From Heptranchias perlo (taxonomy: Eukaryota): a DNA stretch of 64,000 nucleotides. Below the pieces are notes generated by a model that saw nothing but the letters and a program-made list of their open reading frames with translations, was not told where the DNA came from and did no database searches. This document shows, in pieces, positions 40,363-52,866 of this stretch. The translations under genes were made by a program, and so were the position numbers. The stretch is taken from positions 41,540,001 through 41,604,000 of the forward strand of contig NC_090346.1 in the NCBI RefSeq assembly GCF_035084215.1, in the 5' to 3' direction. Positions within the stretch are counted from its first letter, which is position 1. The number at the start of each line of letters is the position of its first letter.

Positions 40363-40935
40363 GGACTCTATAGAACCTTGGTTAGACCACACTTGGAGTA
40401 CTGTGCACAGTTCTGGTCTCCATATTATAAAAAAGTATATAGAGGCATTGGAGAAGGTGCGAAAAAGATTCACAAGAATGATACCAGAACTGAGAAGATA
40501 TACTTATCAGGAAAGGCTGAACAGGCTGTTTTCTCTAGAAAAGCAAAGGCTGAGGGGTGACTTGATAAAGGTCTTTAAGATAATGAAAGGGTTTGATAGG
40601 ATAGATGTAGAGAAAATGTATCCACTTGTGGGGAAGTCCAAAACTAGAGGTCCTAAATATAAGATAGGCACTAATAAATCCAATAGGGAATTCAGGGGAA
40701 ACTTCTTTACCCAAAGAGTGGTAAGAATGTGGAACGTGCTACCACAAGGAGCAGTTGAGGCAAATAGCATAGCTGTATTTAAGGGGAAGCTAGATAAGCA
40801 TATGTGGGAGAAAGGAATAGAAGAGTGTGCTGATAGGGTTAGATGAAGAGGAGTGGGAGGAGACTCTTGTGCAGCATAAACGCTGGCATAGACCAGTTGG
40901 GCCAAATGGCCTGTTTTTGTGCTTTAGACGCAATG
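40363..40935 (+). mobile_element. CR1 LINE 3' end
   Basis: [36 protein letters not shown]. Confidence 0.85.
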
Positions 40936-40993
40936 TAAATTAAAGTCCTTTCAGTTGCTCGTTTAATTTATTGCTGAATTGCTTTTATTTTAG

Positions 40994-41192
40994 GTTGGAA
41001 TTCTGGACATTGATCTCTGTGGTCCCAGCATCCCTCGGATGCTGAATGTTCTGAATAGTGCTGTACACCAATGCGATGCTGGTTGGGTACCAGTTTATGT
41101 AGACAAAGATAAAACAATGTGCTTGATGTCAATAGGCTTTCTCTTGGAGACTCCAGATGAAGCTGTGATTTGGAGAGGGCCAAAGAAAACAG
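40994..41192 (+). CDS. NUBP2: NUBP2 exon 3 ([17 protein letters not shown]...[10 protein letters not shown])
   Basis: Acceptor ttttAG, donor CAG|GTGAGG; 199 nt; Mrp/NBP35 signature WRGPKK. Confidence 0.94.
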
Positions 41193-41836
41193 GTGAGGTC
41201 ATATTACTTTAACACACACAACAGAAGTATCTTGTGCTGTGGTTCATCAATAATTAATTAAATGTAATTTTTCACTGTCTGGAACATTCCTTCAGCATGT
41301 TGGTGACTTTTTCATATAGTGCACAGGTTACAGCTGACAATTTTGACGAGAAATTGATTTTTGATCTTGCTGTGTAGAGATAAATAGAAAATGTTTAATT
41401 GTAATAAAATTCAAGCAGGGGATCTGAATTGGTGGTACAGGTGCTTCCCTGAAGCTCAAAGCTTTACTTGAGACTGATATTTCTATACCAGCATAGTTGG
41501 TCATAAAAATGTGTGTTGGGACTGGTGCACGTCTGTTGCACTTCAAACATTGCACTTAAGAATATCCAGTCTTTTTAAGAAAAAAGAGTACGGCAGTCAT
41601 TTCATAATGTTTTATTTTTCTGCCAGAAGTTTACAAATACTTGCTAATCTGCAAACTTTGTTCAACGGTAATTGATCCTGTGCAGACAGAAGTTAGATTT
41701 TATCTTTAAAGGCATAGGCCAAGTTTAACACAACTGCACCTCAGCAGCAAAATAATACATTCTGTGTTACATGGTGTAATGCTCCTGTTACAAAATGCCA
41801 CATTCTCCAACTTAGTATGAGCAAAGATATGATCCA

Positions 41837-41966
41837 GGCCCTGAAATTCCACAGGTTCTATCAGTCTCCTGGTGTAACTCAAGTGGGAAACCGGTGTAAC
41901 ACCCAGGGAAATGGTGTAAATGGCATGAATTGCAGCAGGAGACCAGTAGAATAGAATTTCAGGGCC
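41837..41966. mobile_element. MITE-like element, 13-bp TIR ggccctgaaattc
   Basis: Perfect inverted termini 41837-41849 / 41954-41966. Confidence 0.5.
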
Positions 41967-42676
41967 CTTATGTCTGTGTGCACTTCCTGCTAATTTCTTC
42001 CACTGGCAGGAGGGGTGTAATTCCAGATTGACAAGTTTATATAGGCTGTTTCCATTATAAATGTGGGCATGGCAGTTTATAATGGAAATATAAAAATAAT
42101 AGAATGAAAGTACAAAAAAATATAAGTATCACTTTAAAATGGGGACTGAATTATGTCTGTGTCAATTGACCCGTGTCAATTGACCCTCGTCAATTACCAC
42201 AGCCTCTAACCCCACTTCACCTGGAGACCACACTTGGTCTTGAATATCTGTGTGCAATGCCATGGGGGATTGATTAGCATATAGAAAAATACATTTGAGA
42301 CTTGAACTTAGAATTTCCTTTCTTCAATTAGTAGGAAATGTGGTCCCTGATGGCTTGGGGTATTTATTTAAATAGTCCTTTTTAAAGTACAGATTTCAGG
42401 TCAGTCTTATAAAAGGCCCAGAAAGGGGTGGTGCATTTTCTTTGGGTTGTATAAAGTAGACCTCCTCTAACTGAGAGAGGTGCAGTTGAGTGATGTGTAA
42501 CCCTGGGACTTAAACTTGCAACCAGATGTTTGATCCAATAGACTACTAAAACTAGTTTATGAACATAGAACTCAAGCTAGAACTGTGAGACTTTTAATTG
42601 ACCTCTGAATTTATAAACAAACTAAATTTTCTTGTGTTTGTTTTAGACTTCTAAAAACTTTTTCTCCCCCACTTAG

Positions 42677-42831
42677 CTCTTATCAAGCAGTTCATTTCTG
42701 ATGTGGCCTGGGGAGAACTCGACTATCTCATTGTAGACACTCCGCCTGGGACCTCTGATGAACACATCTCTGTCGTGGAGTGCCTTCGCCGGCATAAACC
42801 TGATGGAGCTCTTTTGGTTACAACACCTCAG
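42677..42831 (+). CDS. NUBP2: NUBP2 exon 4 ([29 protein letters not shown]...VTTPQ)
   Basis: Acceptor acttAG, donor CAG|GTGCAT; 155 nt; [10 protein letters not shown] motif. Confidence 0.94.
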
Positions 42832-44690
42832 GTGCATTTAATGAGGAATTAAGCTGCTGTGTTGTTTTTTAAAGTTTGTCTGTGTACCAGGCCAATAAAT
42901 GTTGATAGTTGAATATTCTGTAGATTAATTGTTTTAATAATTAGGTATTTGGATGCTTTAAATCACGACACACTGTATTCTGTCCTAGCTAAATGTGCAT
43001 TTTATATTCCAAGCAGCCCTGTCCATATTGTGGAAAATTTACAAAGCGTGTTTGAACTAGGATCCCCGATGACAGACTTTGTTGATATTTGTCATGAGTA
43101 ATGGCATGTAGATCCTGTTCTTTCAGTTATGGACACAGAGTTCTGGTTTCAGCTGGAGCTGTTGTAGGAGAGACTGAACAGAGCCAAATTTCTATTCATA
43201 AGGCTGGCAGGGAAATTCTGATATGAAGCCATGGTGTGCTCACCCAAAATCTGCTCGGCCTGTGCTGATAGCGCCTCAGATGCACCAAAAACCTTGTGGG
43301 TGTTTTGGCCCAATATCTCTTTGACAAAGTACAGTGATCTTTACATATAGTACTATATTATACCAAGCCCGTGGCTGATTGAAGGTGATAAATACTTGCT
43401 AATGAAGCAGTTCCCCAATTTAAAGTTACATTTTTTGGTTCAGAAATACCCCTTTTCCTGGGGTTTTTCATGAAGCCTTGCATTGCTCCATTTCATACAA
43501 AGCACACACTGGAGTAACATAAAGCAAGAGGAGTTTCTCTTACCTTTTTGAGTGATTATGATATTAACAAAGTTAGATTTAAGTTAGATACTACTATAAA
43601 TGGCTGTTTCTGTTTAGTGTGATGCTACAGGGGTGCCCATGGGTGGGTGGCAAATAGTCTTAGCTGTAGTGTTTGTTAGGATTGCCCTCTAGTGTCAGCA
43701 ATGGACATTGCGAAGATTCTACTGTTCTTTTGATCCTGTTTAAATTTCAAGTGGTAGCATTGGTGTTAACTTTAATTTTGTAAACCAGGTCCGTTCTTGT
43801 TTAGCATTATAATTCCACCAACTGGGATAATATTTGAGAATCTCTTTGCTGCTTTTCCTCAGTCTAACTGCCGTTTTTACTCTTCTGTCTGTGCGAATGC
43901 AGTAAGTGATATTCTAGCTGGTACTGATGGTTTTGTACCTCCCTGTTCTCCTTTTATCGAACCTGGTGCTGCACCATGATTCAATCAATGCTGTTGTCTT
44001 TCTGTGTCTCAGAAAATATTCTATACTTGGCGTTGAGATCAGGTTCAGGCATCCCAAGTCATCTTTATTTCTGTTCGTAACGTCTATAAAACGGTATTGG
44101 AGCTGCTAAATGCAACTTTATTTTTGAAAATGCTGTTTCCTTACCCTCTAGCATCTGTTCCTTGTCATCTGACAGACAATTCCTCTCTCATTTCTCACCT
44201 CCCAGTGCCTCTTTGTTGCAAACTTTATTGTTTCTCCCTATTTCACTGATACTGGTCTAGTCAGTGCTCCTCTGAAATTTCCTCCCTCTCTAAGCTGTAT
44301 ATGTGCCATCTTACAGACTCTTCTTCCCACATCCTCTGTTGAAATCAAGCTACAACGTCATACTGTAATTCATTCCTTCACTGAACCTCAAAACTATTGA
44401 ACTCCTATCCTCCCACAATCTTATGGCTTTTAAAAACTCAAGCTTGGCATTGCCTAATCACTATTTCCTGTTTTGTTTTATCTCTTTTCTACTTGGGGAT
44501 AAAAAAATTCCATCTCTCCTGAAAGCTTCTGGATTATGATTCTGTGAGCAGTGATCAATCTACGCTACCTTGCCCAAGAGGTCATTAGTCACACTAGACC
44601 ATGAATGTTGACCAATAAAGGATTTAAAAAAAAAAACAACTGAGTGCTTTGGATGAATACGGTTTCTAAACTTTTTGGTTTTATTTATAG

Positions 44691-44801
44691 GCAGTGTCAA
44701 TAGGAGATGTAAGAAGAGAATTGACGTTCTGCAAGAAAACTGGGTTACCAGTGGTGGGAATAATTGAAAACATGAGTGGCTTTGTTTGCCCTAACTGTTC
44801 G
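44691..44801 (+). CDS. NUBP2: NUBP2 exon 5 ([18 protein letters not shown]...[12 protein letters not shown])
   Basis: Acceptor ttatAG, donor TCG|GTGAGT; 111 nt; Fe-S binding CPxC motif. Confidence 0.94.
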
Positions 44802-45381
44802 GTGAGTATAAAATTGAAAGCTTTTTGAACTATGCTAACTGAGGGTTTGTTAGAGCACTTTGATTAAGTGAAAAAACTTTTACAGGTTTAAAAACCTGGG
44901 CTAGTTGCTGATATTGTCCATATTAATAGACATTGTAATGTAACATTTTATTACAACTGTCAAACATTTGAAAGGCTTGATGGGTTTAAATGAATGGAGA
45001 CTTTCATCCCATTAATCTTGGCTAGGAGTGAAAATATGCTTCTACCTGCACAATTTCCTTAACTCTTAAATGTTAATGAAAAATCTTTGATCATCTAATC
45101 TATTGAAATGTTAGACTGCAGTTTGTGTGTTGTTTTTAAACCATGATATCACTAGTGAGCTAAACAAAATGTGCATCTGTGGCTGACTTCCACTTGAATC
45201 ATGAGAAGTTAAATAGTAATTGATGTGATGTTACAAAGAGTGTATCCCTGCTTGAGTAATGGTAATACCTGTTCTAATTAAACACAATTTAATACAAGTC
45301 TCAAGGCTGTAATGACTTGGAAAGGAATATAATGGTGCTGTTTCAGATTCTTGACTTCAATAAATGATTATTGTTTTTCAG

Positions 45382-45451
45382 GAATGCACTAATGTATTTT
45401 CCAGAGGAGGGGGAGAAGCACTTGCCCAGCAGTCTGGGGTTCCATTTTTAG
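45382..45451 (+). CDS. NUBP2: NUBP2 exon 6 (ECTNVFSRGGGEALAQQSGVPFL)
   Basis: Acceptor tttcAG, donor TAG|GTGAGC; 70 nt. Confidence 0.93.
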
Positions 45452-45808
45452 GTGAGCATCCTAAAGTGGCCTTTAGAGTCATTCATCACTTTTGTGAGTG
45501 CTTGAATTTAATTCATCTCAGCCAACCATCTTGACCACATTTATGTAATAAAAGGATTTCTTTTCAAAATATAATCTGTTAAAATACCTTTTTGTAATCA
45601 ATGTATGGCATGTCTTGTGTTCATTTTGAGGAACATCATTGAGAAAAAGAAATTTATAATTTTGCTAATATTTCAGTCTGTGAGTGTGTAGTGTCATACC
45701 TGTTCTAAAAATTGTAACTCACTCTATAAAAGCTTTGTACAAGGCATGTTGTAGGACATGCGGCGTGGTGATGGTTGCTTTTTAGTGAATGACTCAAATT
45801 TCACGTGC

Positions 45809-46168
45809 ATATGAGGGGCACAGATAGGATGGATACTAAGGAGCTTTTTCCCTTCGTTGAGGGTTCTATAACAAGGGGACATAGATTCAAGGTAAAAGGC
45901 GGGAGGTTTAGAGGGGATTTGAGAAAGAACTTTTTCACCCAGAGGGTGGTTGGAGTCTGGAACTCACTGTCTGAAAGGGTTGTGGAGGCAGGAACCCTCA
46001 CAACATTCAAGAAGCATTTGGATGAGCACTTGAAATGCCATAGCATACAAGGCTACGGACCAAATGCTGGAATATGGGATTAGAGTAGGCAGGGCTGATG
46101 GCCGGCGCGGACACGATGGGCCGAAGGGCCTCTATCCGTGCTGTATAACTCTATGACTCTATGACTCT
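45809..46168 (+). mobile_element. Young CR1 3' end with (ctatgact)n tail
   Basis: ORF 45805..46083; octamer tail ctctatgactctatgactct. Confidence 0.85.
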
Positions 46169-47794
46169 AAAGCAAGGTCACAGATACGGAAACCCATTTA
46201 ACCCATCTAGATAAAAATTTCCAACCCCCCCCCCCAATAAATTACAGCATTCAACTATCTCTTAAATGACTCCAAGGTTTTCCAATTCCAAACATTACTA
46301 TACTGCTGGAAGTCCATTCGGAGTGTTAATCACTTTTTTTTGGTGTACCAAACATTTCGATATTAGTCCTGTATTTGTTTTTCTCCAGTTTGAAACTGTG
46401 TCCAATTGTTCTACATTGAGGACATGCCTTTAGTAGTGCTTCAGATTTGTCTTTTCTATGCCTTTAATACCTTGTATACTTTTATAAGGTCCACTCTCAA
46501 TGCTGTCCTTTCAAAGCTGTAGAGCATGAGTTCCCCAATGTTTCTTTGTCATTCAGTCCTCTGAAATTAGGGATCAGTTGCATGGCTTTTCCATTTACTA
46601 CCCTGAATGTTTCCCCTGAGTCTCGGTGACCAAAACCAGACAACATACTCTGAGTCTGACTAGAGTACTGCATAGTTTCAGCATGATTGCCTCCAACCTA
46701 CTCCATTGATTTAGCAGTATAATGCAGCTATTTTACAGTTGGGTCAGATCTGGAGAAAGTGGGAAAGACTGGGACAGAGACGAGTGAAAGCTCCTCAGCT
46801 TTCTATTTTGCTGCTTCTGCTGACTGAACATGTTAATTGCTATTAACATTCCTTGATCTCTTTCAACATCACCCGTAGCTGGTCAAACAACATTCATAGG
46901 GTTCATATGTTGGCCATTTTTAATTTGTGCACAGTCTTGTACTTGATTAGTTCAATTTCATCTGTCAATGTTTCACCCATGTGCAGATTTTATCTAGTTC
47001 CTTCTGTAGGTCTGCATCATTGGAGTGACCTCCCTCCCCTCCCCCATGTAATGTCTGCTGATCTGACCAATTTGAATTAAATTTTTGGATCCAAGTTTTA
47101 GATTCCCTTTCTCTCCAGGTCTTTGGGTTGACTTTATGCTTCGCTTCCATAAATGGGCTTTAGGTCGCAATGTTTTCCATACTTCCACGCATGCATGACT
47201 GAGAGCTCAGTGCATGCACTGTGTTTTCCCAATTTTTTTTTGTCAGACCTCACCTTTCAGCGCCCCTCAGTGCTGCATTTTCTGCCTTAACTGTGGCAGG
47301 CATACAGAAGATAGATGGGTCAGACTTGGAGAGAGCGAGAAAGACTTTGAGACAGACAGACGGATACAGAGATGAGGGAACATTCCTCAACCGTGCAGAC
47401 GGACAGAGGCAAAGCATTTAACAGAAACAGACAAAGACGTATAAATAACATTATAATGTGGGAAATGAGCAGATTGTTGTATGAAGAGAAAGTGACAATT
47501 TTTAACCTGTTAGCAACTCCATGAGAGATCACTAGATTTCCCAGGCCTTTTTTAAAAATCCTTAGTAGTATCAATGAAGTGAACCTCTTTAAAGGCCCTG
47601 TACTTTGTGTGCCACTTTAAATGGTTTTCATTTTGACATTTCTGCCTTATGGTGGTGATACTCAGATGAAAAGAAAAGCTGGGGTCTGCAGTGCTGGTCC
47701 ATTTTGTAATGTTCATGTTTGATATTTATATGAATTTTTTTGAAACAAATCAAATTGTTGAATGTGTCACTGCAAGATTCTGCAACTTTACTTT

Positions 47795-47978
47795 GGCCTT
47801 GAAATTATGCTGCGGATGATGGGTATAAATTGCTAACATGTTTGTCTGAAATTCTTTCTCTGCTACTTTAATAGAGACTTTAATCCATTTATTTTAAACC
47901 AGTGAAAATGTTAAAATGCAGACAATTTCAGACAAACACAAGTTCGAATCAATTATTTCGCATTGTAATTTCAAGGCC
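47795..47978. mobile_element. MITE-like element, 13-bp TIR ggccttgaaatta plus an internal inverted repeat
   Basis: Termini 47795-47807 / 47966-47978; internal tgtttgtctgaaatt / aatttcagacaaaca. Confidence 0.55.
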
Positions 47979-48148
47979 GTAGGATTTTTTTTCCCCTTTT
48001 TTCATTTGCAGCAGCAATAGTGCTGATCACTATTAATAGTGGCTTGCTTTAGTTAAGGCTTTATTGAGCCATAGACTGAACTGACTTGTAGGTGGCAGTT
48101 TTCCTCTTTGCTCTTGAAGAATCACTGTTTATATTTTCTCCTACCTAG

Positions 48149-48303
48149 GGCGTGTTCCTCTAGATCCTCAGCTGGCGCATAGTCTGGAAGAAGGTAGAGA
48201 CTTCATCCAAGCCTTTCCAAAGAGCGCAACCTTTGATGCCATTAATAACATAGTGAAGAAGATATTAAACAGTGACAGTGAATCTTCTGCACTTCGCACA
48301 TGA
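48149..48303 (+). CDS. NUBP2: NUBP2 last coding exon (RVPLDPQLAHSLEEGRDFIQAFPKS...ALRT*)
   Basis: Acceptor acctAG, TGA at 48301-48303; the seven exons sum to 819 nt = 272 aa + stop. Confidence 0.92.
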
Positions 48304-48483
48304 GATCATTTCTTGTGTATTTGTATTGGACTGCTGGGATGGGGGATTGCGGAATGGAATCATAAAGGACTCCCACTCCAGAAATGTAGGAATACGATAA
48401 TCACTGTTTCTTCCAGAAATGGAAATACTTGTTATAAATACTGGACCAATAATGCCTTTTTGTTGTACCTACTGAAATGTGCA

Positions 48484-48495
48484 ATTAAAAATAAA
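48484..48495 (+). terminator. Probable NUBP2 polyadenylation signal (ATTAAA + AATAAA)
   Basis: Adjacent hexamers ~190 nt after the stop codon, followed by T/GT-rich sequence. Confidence 0.5.
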
Positions 48496-49876
48496 ACTTT
48501 TATACCCAGTTATTTTGTGAATGTGCTTGAACATCCCCAACTCGCTGCGTTTTATAGCTAAGAATATTTGCAGTGCCATACATTCTGTTTCAGGTGAACC
48601 AATCACAGCACTGTTGCTCTAAGAGCAGCTAATTTAGGAGGTTATCTGCCTGAGCAAAACTGGCCTTACTAGTTTTAATTCCTTGAGGTGGAACACCCTG
48701 CAGAACAGTGCTCCATCTGGCAGCCTAACTGAGTTGATCCAATATGGTGAGTTTAAATGACTGTACACTTTGGGAATTGAAAACATAGCATGCTAGTTAG
48801 GAATCAGCCCAGATTTTAAAAGATCAGAGGAGGCTAGAGATATAAAATTACATTTAATACTGCAATAATTACTTCCACAAACTGAAACCTTTCTTGAGTA
48901 CTAGAGCATCTGCAGAAATAGTACATTGTCTGGTTGATAGCGCTGTGAATATCTCTGCTTGTTAAGAACGCCACTTGCAGCTGGGATATTCACTTTTGGT
49001 GAATATTGTCATGATACTATAAATTTTAGTATCCGTCACTATAATTAGAAAAGAAGTTAAAATGATTGCTTCTGAATTGTGAAGTCTTAAAAGTAGTAGT
49101 TTATTCACAAGAAACCTAACAGAATAGTGTGCATAAATTATACAATAAACCAACAGCATCATGTGTTAATGAGTGATTAAAATGTGTAGTACCACTAATG
49201 CTATACAGCAGAAAGCTAGAACTTGTTAATTTGACTATATCTCAGATAAGACTTGTTGACTAAATAAGATTGCTCAATAATACAAAAGCAGTCAGCCTTA
49301 TGAGAGAGTGATAGGAAAATTGTCTCATGGGTTAGCCCAGTAACACAAATGTTAGTGCTGAACGACTAATTAGGAGTCTGAAGTTTGAGTTCCAGTTATG
49401 ATTCATTTGCATTTGGGGTTTCATTTGGAGGCAAGTTTTGCTGTACTTGCTGTGTCATCTGCAAGTGAGGAAAAGCAGACACTTATGCAGACCTCTGACA
49501 GGGAAGGGCTTAACCAAGGAGTAGAATTTATAGACCATGCAGCAAGGCTTGTTCCACCCTTGTGACTAAGTGGATGAAGGGGAAATCGAAAATGATGAAA
49601 ATAAAGGACTAAGTATCACCAGAGAAATTCTGGGACAACTGGAATTATACAATAGCACTAATGTAAACATTTTTAACAACTGCTGAATGCTGTTAAATTT
49701 CCAACTTTGATTTTTGCTGTGCAGGATGTAAATTTCCGTTGAAGCTGGACTGTGCAGCTAAACTGCCTGAATGACTCTGTTACCAGTGTTCTGAAGGGTA
49801 TCTGTTTTGGATGGCTTAGGTTCTCCCATGACTTTTTAAAAGTCTAAGTGCAGAGTACTTAGTACACATTAGGAAC

Positions 49877-50186
49877 CATACATAGAAACATAGAAAATAG
49901 GAGCAAGAGTCGGCCATTCGGGCCTGCTCTGCCATTCAAAATGATCATAGCTGATTGTATAACTCAGTACCCTGTTCCCACTTTTTCCCCATATCCCTTT
50001 AGCATTAAGAAATATATCTATCTCCTTCTTGAATACATATAATGACTTGGCCTCCATTGCATTCTGTGGTAGAGAATTCCACAGGTTCACCACCCTCTGA
50101 GTGAAGAAATTTCTCCCCATCTTGGTTTTAAATGGCACGCCCCGTATCCTGAGACTGTGATCTCTGGTTCTAGACTCCCCAGCCAT
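49877..50186 (-). mobile_element. CR1 3' end
   Basis: MAGESRTRDHSLRI..NFFTQRVVNLWNSLP; catagaaacatagaaa tail. Confidence 0.8.
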
Positions 50187-51797
50187 TGTAACATTATTGC
50201 ATTGTGCCATGGGTTGGCAGGACACATGTTTGCATCTATGATTCTCTTCCCCTGAGTTACATTAGATATATTATGGAGGAAGGGTTTTTCTCGTCATTAA
50301 GGTAAGGAATGTAGGTCCTGGGTAAGAATTTCTAGATTAGGTACAGCAGAGCCAGGTGAAACACAAAGCTTCCCTCTAAACTGCCACAGCAATATGCCTT
50401 TACCCTAACGTCACTAGTTCCAATTGAACTTCCATTTTCTTCAGTAATTCTTAATGGGTGAGACTTTTAATTTGTGAATTGTAGACAATATCAAGCTGTG
50501 GGATCAACCCAAACTTTGTTTGCAGTGGAACCTTTAACGGCTGACAGAGGAGGTTTTTACCTGATTAGTCTGGGCCAAATTCAAACAACTGAAAAGGACT
50601 GTATGCTAATTAATAGCACTACCTAGTTCCTATGCTACATTCTGCTTTTTTTAGCTGTGACATTATGGAGAATCAAAGAATAGAAACTAAGGGTATTTCT
50701 CCACATGGAGGGGAATCAAAAGGAGAGTCATTGCTGTGCTACTCTCCTAGACCTCCTTATTCAGATTGGGATTTAGGGAGACAACAGGGGAAAAATGAGG
50801 AAAAAATAAGTGCGATGGAAGAGGGATTTAGACTGTCACAAAAAATTATAGAAATAATTATGGAGCTTGCATTTGTTTTGAAACAAACTTTGCTGTACGT
50901 TTTGAATTAAAAGGCGAACATCAAAACATTCAGACCATGACCAGAGTGTTGTTTATTACCTAGTGTATATAAGATGTGTTCAAATTTTAAACAGAATTGT
51001 TGAATATGATTTATGTTCCTCAGGGCAGTGTCCTAGGCCCAACCATCTTCAGCTGCTTCATCAATGACCTTCCCTCCATCATAAGGTCAGAAATGGGGAT
51101 GTTCGCTGATGACTGCACAGTGTTCAGTTCCATTCGCAACCCCTCAAATAATGAAGCAGTCCGAGCCCGCATGCAGCAAGACCTGGACAACATCCAGGCT
51201 TGGGCTCATAAGTGGCAAGTAACATTCGTGCCAGATAAGTGCCATGCAATGACCATCTCCAACAAGGGAGAGTCTAACCACCTCCCCTTGACATTCAACG
51301 GCATTACCATCGCCGAATCCCCCACCATCAACATCATGGGGGTCACCATTGACCAGAAACTTAACTGGACCAGCCATATAAATACTATGGCTACTAGAGC
51401 AGGTCAGAGGCTGGGTATTCTGCAGCGAGTGACTCACCTCCTGACTCCCCAAAGCCTTTCCACCATCTACAAGGCACAAGTCAGGAGTGTGATGGAATAC
51501 TCTCCACTTGCCTGGATGAGTGCAGCTCCAACAACACTCCAGGAGCTCGACACCATCCAAGATAAAGCATCCCGCTTGATTGGCACCCCATCCACCACCC
51601 TAAACATTCACTCCCTTCACCACCGGCGCACTGTGGCTGCAGTGTGCACCATCCACAGGATGCACTGCAGCAACTCGCCAAGGCTTCTTCGACAGCACCT
51701 CCCAAACCCGCGACTTCTACCACCTAGAAGGACAAGAGCAGCAGGTACATGGGAACAACACCACCTGCACGTTCCCCTCCAAGTTACACACCATCCT

Positions 51798-52012
51798 AAA
51801 CAATTTTACAACACCAAGTTATAGTCCAGCAATTTTATTTTAAATTCACAAGCTTTCGGAGACTTCCTCCTTCCTCAGGTAAATGTTCGCCGAAGGAAGG
51901 AGGAAGTCTCCGAAAGCTTGTGAATTTAAAATAAAATTGCTGGACTATAACTTGGTGTTGTAAAATTGTTTACAATTGTCAACCCCAGTCCATCACCGGC
52001 ATCTCCACATCA
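51798..52012. mobile_element. Penelope-like element terminus with inverted 5' duplication (79-bp arms) and ~11-12 bp TSD
   Basis: Arms 51797-51875 / 51894-51972; flanking direct repeat (a)cacaccatcct at 51786-51797 and 52012-52023; same 3' end (...ccagtccatcaccggcatctccacatca) as the element at 19591. Confidence 0.8.
51844..51884 (-). ncRNA. Minimal type I hammerhead ribozyme motif of a Penelope-like element
   Basis: Reverse strand reads AUUUAC-CUGAGGA-A-GGAG-GAAGU-CUCC-GAAA-GC-UU-GUGAAU: stem I AUUUAC/GUGAAU, core CUGANGA and GAAA, stem II GGAG/CUCC, palindromic mini stem III (AGCU). Confidence 0.72.
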
Positions 52013-52866
52013 CACACCATCCTGACTTGGAAATATATCGCCGTTCCTTCATTGTCGCTGGGTCAAAATCCTGGAACTCCCTTCCTAACAGCACAGTGGG
52101 AGAACCGTCACCACACGGACTGCAGCGGTTCAAGAAGGCGGCTCACCACCACCTTCTCAAGGGCAATTAGGGATGGGCAATAAATGCTGGCCTCGCCAGT
52201 GACGCCCACATCCCGTAGGTAGCATAGTGGTTATGTTACTGGGCTAGTAATCCAGAGACCTGGACTAAAATCCAGAGTCATGAGTTCAAATCCCGCCACG
52301 GCAGCTGGCGAATTTAAATTCAATTAATTAATTAAATTCAATTAATTAAATAAAAATCTGGAATTAAAATACTAGTATCAGTGATGATGGCCATGAAACT
52401 ACCGGATTGTCGTAAAAACCCATCTGGTTCACTAATGTCCCTTAGGGAAGGAAACCTGCCGTCCTTACCCGGTCTGGCCTATATGTGACTCCAGACCCAC
52501 AGCAATGTGGTTGATTCTTAATTGCCCTCTGAAATGGCCTAGCAAGCCACTCAGTTGTAAAATCTCGCTACGAAAAGTCATAATAAGAATAAAACCGGAC
52601 GGACCACCCGGCATCGGACCACTAGGCACCGGACACGACAACGGCAAAATACCAAGCCCAGTCAACCCTGCAAGGTCCTCCTTACTAACATCTGGGGACT
52701 TGTGCCAAAATTGGGAGAGCTGTCCCACAGACTAGTCAAGCAACAGCCTGACATAGCAATACCTGCAGAATCATATCTTTCAGCCAACGTCCCAGACTCT
52801 TCCATCACCATCCCTGGGTAAGTCCTGTCCCACCGGCAGGACAGACCCACCAGAGGTGGCGGTACA

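Larger units (their letters stand above)
51015..52216 (+). mobile_element. 5'-truncated copy of the same LINE family, interrupted by a Penelope palindrome and directly abutting the full-length copy
   Basis: Starts at VPQGSVLGP; aligns to 54553 onward with scattered substitutions; has the uninterrupted stop and tail ...cttctcaagggcaatTAGggatgggcaataaatgctggcc. Confidence 0.9.

Noticed and set aside
52217-52300. tRNA gene
   Set aside because: A and B boxes are present but no convincing cloverleaf; an internal duplication (ctgg..ta..aatccagag twice) and continuity with the retroelement indicate a tRNA-derived head.
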